Below are positions 51,230 through 64,000 of a DNA stretch of 64,000 nt, in pieces. The DNA is from Eledone cirrhosa (Eukaryota). The notes beneath the pieces are model-generated. The model worked only from the letters and a program-made list of their open reading frames with translations, was not told the DNA's origin and made no database searches. Both the position numbers and the translations under genes were made by a program. Location of the stretch: the NCBI GenBank assembly GCA_964016885.1, contig OZ024742.1:339078001-339142000 (forward strand). The letters run 5' to 3'. Within the stretch, counting starts at the first letter, position 1, and every line of letters begins with the position of its first letter.

Positions 51230-51901
51230 ATGAGAGAGAAGAGGAGAGGGAGAAGGGTGGACGGTGTAAAGAGAAAGAGAGGTAAAGAGAGCGAGTGAGA
51301 GAGAGAGAGAATAGAAAGGATAGTGTAAAGACAGAAAGAGAGAGAGAGAGGAAGGAGAGAGAATGTTGTAAAGAAGGAGAGAAAGAGAGGAAAGGAGAGA
51401 GAGAGGGAGAGAAAGAAGAAAGGATGGTGTAAAGACAGGGAGAGAAAGAGAGAGGAAGGAGAGAGAATGATGTAAAGAAGGAGAGAAAGAGAGGGAAGGA
51501 GAGAGAGGGAGAGAAAGAAAAAAGGATGGTGTAAAGACAGGGAGAGAAAGAGAGAGGAAGGAGAGAGAATGTTGTAAAGAAGGAGAGAAAGATAGGAAGA
51601 GAGAGAGAGAGGAAGAAGAAAGGATGGTGCAAAGACAGGGAGAGAGAGAGAGAGGAGAGAGAATGTAGTAAAGAAAGAAAGGAAGAGAGGGGAAGGAGAG
51701 AGAATGGTGTAATGAGAGAGAGAGAGAAAGAGTAAGAGAGAGATTAGTGCAAAGAGAGAGAGAGAGAAATAGAAAGAGAGAGATTAGTGCAAAGAGAGAG
51801 AGAGAAATAGAAAGAGAGAGATTAGTGCAAAGAGAGAGAGAGAAATAGAAAGAGAGAGATTAGTGCAAAGAGAGAGAGAGAAAGAGAGAGAATAGTGCAA
51901 A

Positions 51902-51943
<42 letters not shown>

Positions 51944-52140
51944 GGAGAGAGAATACTGCAAAGACAGAAAGAGAGAGAGATTAGTACAGAGAGAGAGAGA
52001 GAAAGAGAGAGATTAGTGCAAAGATAGGGAGGGAGAAAGAGTACGAGAGAGAGAGAAAGAGAGAGATTAGTGCAAAGATAGGGAGGGAGAAAGAGTACGA
52101 GAGAGAGAGAGAGATTAGTACAAAGAGAGAAAGAGAAAGA
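51230..52140. repeat. Purine-rich (GA) degenerate tandem repeat
   Basis: Direct reading. Confidence 0.9.
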
Positions 52141-52289
52141 TTGAAGGCGAGTGTGGGGAGGAGGAGCTGGTTAAGGTGTTAATTACATTTTAAATATTAA
52201 AATATTAGGATGTAGAGGTGGGAGGGGGAGGAGAGGATGAGATGGTTTTATTGATGAACGTATTGAATAACGAGTGGACTGATTATTAC

Positions 52290-57512
<5,223 letters not shown>

Positions 57513-57684
57513 GTGGTCGGTTTTGACGATGAATATCTAGATAAAATGAACGTTCAGCTCGTGAATACATAAGTGGTTGAGTATTCCACAGACACGAGTA
57601 CTGTTAATATAATTCTTAAGACGAATCAGTATGGTACAATATGTGACCAGGCTATTCCTTTGGATTACAGATACAATCCATCTG

Positions 57685-57838
57685 ATGGGTTTCCATGCAG
57701 TTTCCGTCTATACAATCTCACCTACAAGGCTTGGTCAATCCAGAACTATGTTAAAGTCACTTACTGAAAATGCCACACATTTGACTCGAACCCGGGACCT
57801 CAAGGTTGTGAAGTGAACATCTTAAAAACTTAACCATC
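57685..57838 (-). mobile_element. Diverged SINE family 2
   Basis: Reverse complement aligns by eye with 29913-30078; includes a GGGTTCGAGTC B-box. Confidence 0.6.
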
Positions 57839-58299
57839 CCTGTGTCCATATATCATATCAATTGGTCGGCTACACAGCAAAACTAAAACAATAACAATTT
57901 TCAAAATGAAAATCTAAACCGTGATGTGACGCCATATTTTGGTAGTGAAATCAAGTGACACAAATTCCGACTCTATTTATTCCAGTCCCTCAATATCTGA
58001 TGTGAACACATTTCTCACAAATTGAAGAACAATTATAACATCATCATAGCAACACAATCTTTCTCAGTCAGTTCAAATGAACACTAAAGATACATACACA
58101 CAATATTTTGTATGTAGCCTTACGTGGGAGACTTCCTTCATCAGCTGTCCACTAGAGATGGTAAGGGTTTCGGTTTCTTCCGATTGTGCACCTCCCTTCA
58201 GTGGCACAGACCAGACTTGAAGATACCAGGACATATCTGAGTTCTCTTAACCCATGTTACAATATTCTTTTCCTCTCTCTAATCCATACATCCACCAAA

Positions 58300-61200
58300 A
58301 CAGTAGTAGTCCCGTAAAACCATACAGTCACTACACTAAACCAGGGACCACTATAACCCCCTAAAACCATAGTCATCAAACCAAACCAGGGACCACTGTA
58401 CTCCCCTAAAACCATACAGCCACCACACCAAACCAGGGACCACTATAATCCCCTAAAACAATACAGTCCCTACACCAAACCAGGGACCACTGTACCCTCT
58501 AAAACCATACAGTCACTACACGAAGCCAGGGACCACTATAACCACCTAAACCCATACAGTAACTACACTAAACCAGGGACAACTGTAACCCATAAAACCA
58601 TACAGTCACCACACCAAACCAGGGACCATTGTAACCCCTAAAACCATACAGTCACCACACCGAACCAGGGACCACTGTAATCCCCTAAAACCATACAGTC
58701 CCTACACCAAACCAGGGACCACTGTAACCCCCTAACACCATACAGTCACTATACCAAACCAGGTACAACTGTAATCCCCTAAAACCATACAGTCACCACA
58801 CCAAACCAGCGACCACTGTAATTCCCTAAAACCATACAGTCCCTACACCAAACCAGGGACCACTGTAACCTCTAAAACCATACAGTCACTACAACAAACT
58901 AGGGACCACTGTAGTCCCCTAAAACCATACAGTCACCACACCAAACCAGGGACCACTGTAGTCCCCTAAAACCATACAGTCACTACAACAAAGCAGGGAC
59001 CACTGTAGTCCCCTAAAACCATAGAGTCACCACACCAAACCAGAGACCACTGTAGTCCCCTAAAACCATACAGTCACCACACCAAACCAGGGACCACTGT
59101 AGTCCCCTAAAGCCATACAGTCACTAGATCAAACCAGGGACCACTGTAGTCTCCTAAAACCATACAGTCACTACAACAAACCAGGGACCATTATAACCCC
59201 TAAAACCATACAGTCACCACACTAAACCAGGGACCACTGTAACCCCCTAAAAGCATGCAGTCACTACACCAAACCAGGCACCACTATAACCCCCTAAAAC
59301 CATACAGTCACCACACCAAACCAGGGACTACAGTAATCCCCTAAAACAATACAGTCACCACACCAAACCAGGGACCACTGTAGTTCTCTAAAACCATACA
59401 GTCACCACACCAAAGCAGGGACCACTGTAACCCCCTAAAACCATACAGTCACTACACCGAACCAGGGATCACTGTAACCCCCTAAAACCATACAGTCACT
59501 ACACCAAACCAGGGACCACTGTAGTCCCCTAAAGCTATACAGTCACACACCAAAGCAGGGACCACTGTAACCCCCTAAAACCATACAGTCACTACACCAA
59601 ACCAGGGACCACTGTAGTCCCCTAAAACCATACAGTCACTGCAACAAACCGGGGACCACTGTAGTCCCCTAAAACCATACAGTCACTACAACAAACCATG
59701 GACCACTGTAGTCCCCTAAAACCATACAGTCACCACACCAAACCAGGGACCACTATAACCCCCTAAAACCATACAGTCACCACACCAAACCAGGGACCAC
59801 TGTAGTCCCCTAAAACCATGCAGTCACTACACCAAACCAGGGACCACTGTAGTCCCCTAAAGCTATACAGTCACCACAGCAAACCAGGGACCACTGTAAC
59901 CCCTAAAACCATGCAGTCACTACAACAAACCATGGACCACTGTAGTCGCCTAAAATCATACAGTCACCACACCAATGCAGGGACCACTGTAGTCCCCTAA
60001 AGCTATACAGTCACTACATCAAACCAGGGACCACTGTAGTCCCCTAAAACCATACAGTCACTACAACAAACCAGGGACCAATGTATATCCCCTAAAACCA
60101 TACAGTCACCACACCAAACCAGGGACCACTGTAGTCCCCTAAAACCATACAGTCACCACACCAAACCAGGGACCACTGTAGTCCCCTAAAGCCATACAGT
60201 CACTACATCAGACCAGGGACCACTGTAGTCCCCTAAAATCATACAGTCACTACAACAAACCAGGGACCACTGTAGTCCCCTAAAGCCATACAGTCACTAC
60301 AACAAACCAGGGAGCACTGTAGTCCCCTAAAACCATACAGTCACCACACCAAACCAGGGACCACTGTAGTCCCCTAAAACCATACAGTCACTACAACAAA
60401 CCATGGACCACTGTAGTTCCCTAAAACCTTAAAGTCACCACACCAAACCAGGGACCATTATAACCCCTAAAACCATACAGTCACCACACCAAACCAGGGA
60501 CCACTGTAACCCCCTAAAAGCATGCAATCACTACACCAAACCAGGGACTACAGTAGTCCCCTAAAACCATACATTCACCACACCAAACCAGGGACTACAG
60601 TAGTCCCCTAAAACCTTACAGTCACCACACCAAAGTAGGGACCACTGTAACCCCCCTAAAACCATACAGTCACTACACCGAACCAGGGATCACTGTAACC
60701 CCCTAAAACCATACAGTCACTACACCAAACCAGGGAGCACTGTAGTCTCCTAAAACCATACAGTCACCACACCAAAGCAGGGACCACTGTAACCCCCTAA
60801 AACCATGCAGTCACTACACCAAACCAGGGACCACTGTAGTCTCCTAAAACCATGCAGTCACTACACCAAACCAGGGACCACTGTAGTCCCCTAAAGCTAT
60901 ACAGTCACCACAGCAAACCAGGGACCACTGTAACCCCTAAAACCATGCAGTCACTACACCAAATCAGGGACCACTATAACCCCCTAAAACCATACAGTCA
61001 CCACACCAAACCAGGGACCTCTGTAGTCCCCTAAAACCATGCAGTCACTACACCAAACCAGGGACCACTGTAGTCCCCTAAAGCTATACAGTCACCACAG
61101 CAAACCAGGGACCACTGTAACCCCTAAAACCATGCAGTCACTACACCAAATCAGGGACCACTATAACCCCCTAAAACCATACAGAGTCACCACACCAATC

Positions 61201-61404
61201 CAGGGACCACTGTAGTCCCCTAAAACCATGCAGTCACTACACCAAACCAGGGACCACTGTAGTTCCCTAAAGCTATACAGTCACCACAACAAACCAGGGA
61301 CCACTGTAACCCCTAAAACCATGCAGTCACTACACCAAAACAGGGACCACTATAACCCCCTAAAACCATACAGTCACCACACCAAACCAGGGACCACTGT
61401 AACT
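58300..61404. repeat. 46-47-bp minisatellite, about 66 copies
   Basis: Unit CCCTAAAACCATACAGTCACYACACCAAACCAGGGACCACTGTAGTC. Confidence 0.96.
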
Positions 61405-63916
61405 ACACAAAAAATATAGGAAAACTACTGAAGCCACACTTGAGGACATCAACAACGAAGGGCTTTATATATTGAAAAAACTAGAACTTACTGATAGAAC
61501 AGAACCTCTAACCCCATGTAACCCCACTTTTAACCTGAAAGATCACAAAAATAATTTCGAAACGAACACTAAAATTAGACTGATAACCCATCAAAATCAG
61601 ACATAGGTAGAATTAAGATCAAAGATAAACTAAGGATAAAACTATGGTGTAGCACTAACGAAGCAATCGATTGGTTTAACAAAATAGACAATAAGGAAAC
61701 ATCTAATTTCATACAGTTTGACATTAACGATTGTTACTCATCCATATCTCCAGTCATCCTAAATAAGGCGCTTGATTTTGCCCGGAAAAATTCAGACCAA
61801 ACTATGGATGAAATTAGAATAATACTAGCTGCTAGGAGAACAATGATTAAATTCGAGAATCATTACTGGGAACGACGGGATAGACAGAATAGCTATGGCA
61901 TTACTATGGGGTCTAGCGACTCAGCGCAAGTCACGCACATAGTAGGCAAATATATAGCCCACAACATACATAGGGAATTTAGTAACCCCCAAGAAGGAAT
62001 TTATAGAGACGATGCGCTCCTTTTAGCTAAAATCATGGAAAGGTTACGAAAACATATTAGGGTTTTCTTTAGTAGACTAGGCCTCGATATTACTTTCGAG
62101 AAGAATAAAAAAAAGCAAACTTTCTAGATGTAACACGTAGCTTAAACACGGGACTAATTGAGCTTTTCCACAAAAATAATGAAAATCTAGACTACATTTG
62201 CTATAACTCCAATCATCTACTCTCCATAATTAGTATATCCTCAAGAACCTGTCCTCTAATCTAGAAGTATTTAAGAAACACGCAAACTACTACAACACAG
62301 CTTTACGCAAGACAGGCCATAAAGAGGGGCTCAAATACATACATGATAGCGACGACAGCAACAAATACAAAACTAGCGACAACTATGTCACCCGCCCTAA
62401 TAGGAATAATAAATATAGGACTAGAGATAGAAATAAACAACAGACACATAGAATAGTCGAACAGAGTACGAACATGGGAACCTCCGAAAATTACAGGAAA
62501 TCCAGGTGTTTTATTACATAGGTTCCACGGCTAGGGGCTTCAAAAAACGATGGTATGTGCATCGGCACTTCATAAAGAACCATAGGCTCAGTAACACAAC
62601 GACGCTGGCCAATAAAATCTGGCAGCTTGCGGATAGTAATCAAGGATATGAAATAAGCTGGTCGAAATTATCGAATGCCAGAGCCTACACGAATGGGATG
62701 TCCCAGTGTGGACTATGCAATATGGAATTACTCCATATTCTGCAATATAATAAAACGCTACTAAATAGCAAAATCGAACGAACAATCTTCAGTAGGCACA
62801 AAACCGTCAGCAAATTCTCGAATTATAAACCAAGACAAGCAGGATTTGATCCAGCATCCTCACTATCCATATAACAACACAATTACCCGGACTTATAGCG
62901 TCTACAAAATTGGCGCCACCGAACCACTATAACATCTCCTTATCACCGTTAACGGTAAATCACCTTACAAACGTTGACTATCTCCAGACCAATCGGACAT
63001 AAGAGTAGCTGACATTTCCTTAGTGATTAAGTATTCCTTTTTTAAAGACACACCCCTTCAACCTCCTTTCCCTCATATATAGTATCAGTCATCCATTATA
63101 GCCACTGTCACCTTCAATCTGCACCTCTACCCATGAAGCATCTATTTTCCAAAACATCTCCTATTCCACTTGTCCGTCTGTTATTATTATCTTTTTGTTT
63201 CATCTTATGCCACTTCACTGTCCAATTACTTTGTGTCCTCACTAGATACTTCCTATTTTTACTTTCAACTTTACCGGTATTATTATTTTTATTTTTATTG
63301 TCTTTTCATATCACTTTTTTCATATTATTTTTATCATTTCTTTTCATGTTATTATTATTATCTTTCCATGCCATAATCCTACTACACCCCTCCTCACTAT
63401 GCTTTCATTCTTGTTATTATCCATGTTATTTTTCATGTAACTATAAATATAAATGCGTTGTAACAAACCGAAATAATATTTTGAGAATTTGGTTGGTGTA
63501 AACTGTACTTAAAATCGATTGTCATGACACTATATTTGTTAATACTTGGAATAAACCCTACTGTATAGCTGATCCGTGTTATTCTTCACTCCTTTATTAT
63601 TAATACTTCAGGAACCGCTTACCTAAGAACTGTCTGGAATCGGCCACTCGAACACCACGGCTAAGTAAACTTGAGTCAAATAACGCAGAACGTTAGAACC
63701 ATCCTTGCTAACATAATAGTACCACTGATGATGTCACAGGTATGCGGTGAAAGACCTTTGATAGACTATGTATATTTATATCTATATTGATTGCCAGCTA
63801 AATTAACTATAGGGATATAAAATATACAGATGCGAAAACGAATCCAAACCAAACAGTGAGTGTGTTTTATATATTTCTGGCAATATTATAACAATATGAC
63901 CCTCCCCAAATATAAC
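61405..63916 (+). mobile_element. Decayed Penelope-like element: RT, GIY-YIG and 3' region
   Basis: LKDHKNNF..IRLI; FIQFDINDCYSSI; ITMGSSDSAQV; IYRDD; YYIGSTARGFKKRW..H..TTLA..CGLCNME..LLN; ends in (TA)n. Confidence 0.88.
63716..63769 (+). ncRNA. Degenerate hammerhead in the PLE 3' end
   Basis: CA-CTGATGA-tgtcacaggtatgcggt-GAAA-GACC-TT^TG; weak stems. Confidence 0.5.
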
Positions 63917-63940
63917 TATATATATATATATATATATATA

Positions 63941-64000
63941 TCTAAGGCGGGTAAAATTCCCGAGATCCATGGGCGAGTTCTCTCCAGCGGTCTCTGTCCC
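63941..64000 (-). mobile_element. RTE LINE 3' end, same family as 6598, truncated by the window
   Basis: Nearly identical to 6598-6657; abuts (TA)n. Confidence 0.85.

Noticed and set aside
58030-58250. Minus-strand exon pair with a 40-nt GT-AG intron, and a CTGATGA motif
   Set aside because: Intron implausibly short, no homology, no matching GAAA or stems; more likely a repeat fragment
58300-61404. Telomere-like CCCTAA in each satellite unit
   Set aside because: One hexamer per 47-bp unit and no (TTAGGG)n run; insufficient to call subtelomeric

Overview
Repeat-saturated, gene-poor animal genomic DNA. The SINE families and microsatellite style suggest an octopus/coleoid cephalopod (inference). 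No host protein-coding gene could be supported; nearly all long ORFs in the track are translations of micro- or minisatellites. Recognisable content: four minisatellite arrays (39, 40, 57 and about 47 bp), many simple repeats, two head-to-tail L1/Tx1-clade LINEs (17.9-27.5 kb), three decayed Penelope-like elements (GIY-YIG and/or RT), RTE, CR1/L2 and RLE-type LINE fragments, and about 15 tRNA-derived SINE copies. The main unexplained signal is about 23 type I hammerhead-ribozyme (HHR) motifs from many distinct families, read by eye and mostly inserted in (TA)n tracts. They include a 591-bp tandem retrozyme-like unit with a U3-A8 variant core, a 419-bp terminally redundant unit, a family with a fixed CAGAAGA core, and repeated fold-back insertions whose 3' ends both point outward into (TA)n. 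Other observations: a perfect splice donor at the ORF1 stop of both Tx1-like LINEs, a SINE tail matching the LINE 3' end, and a 3.2-kb minisatellite derived from a SINE B-box segment. All RNA structures are manual predictions, not computed or tested.
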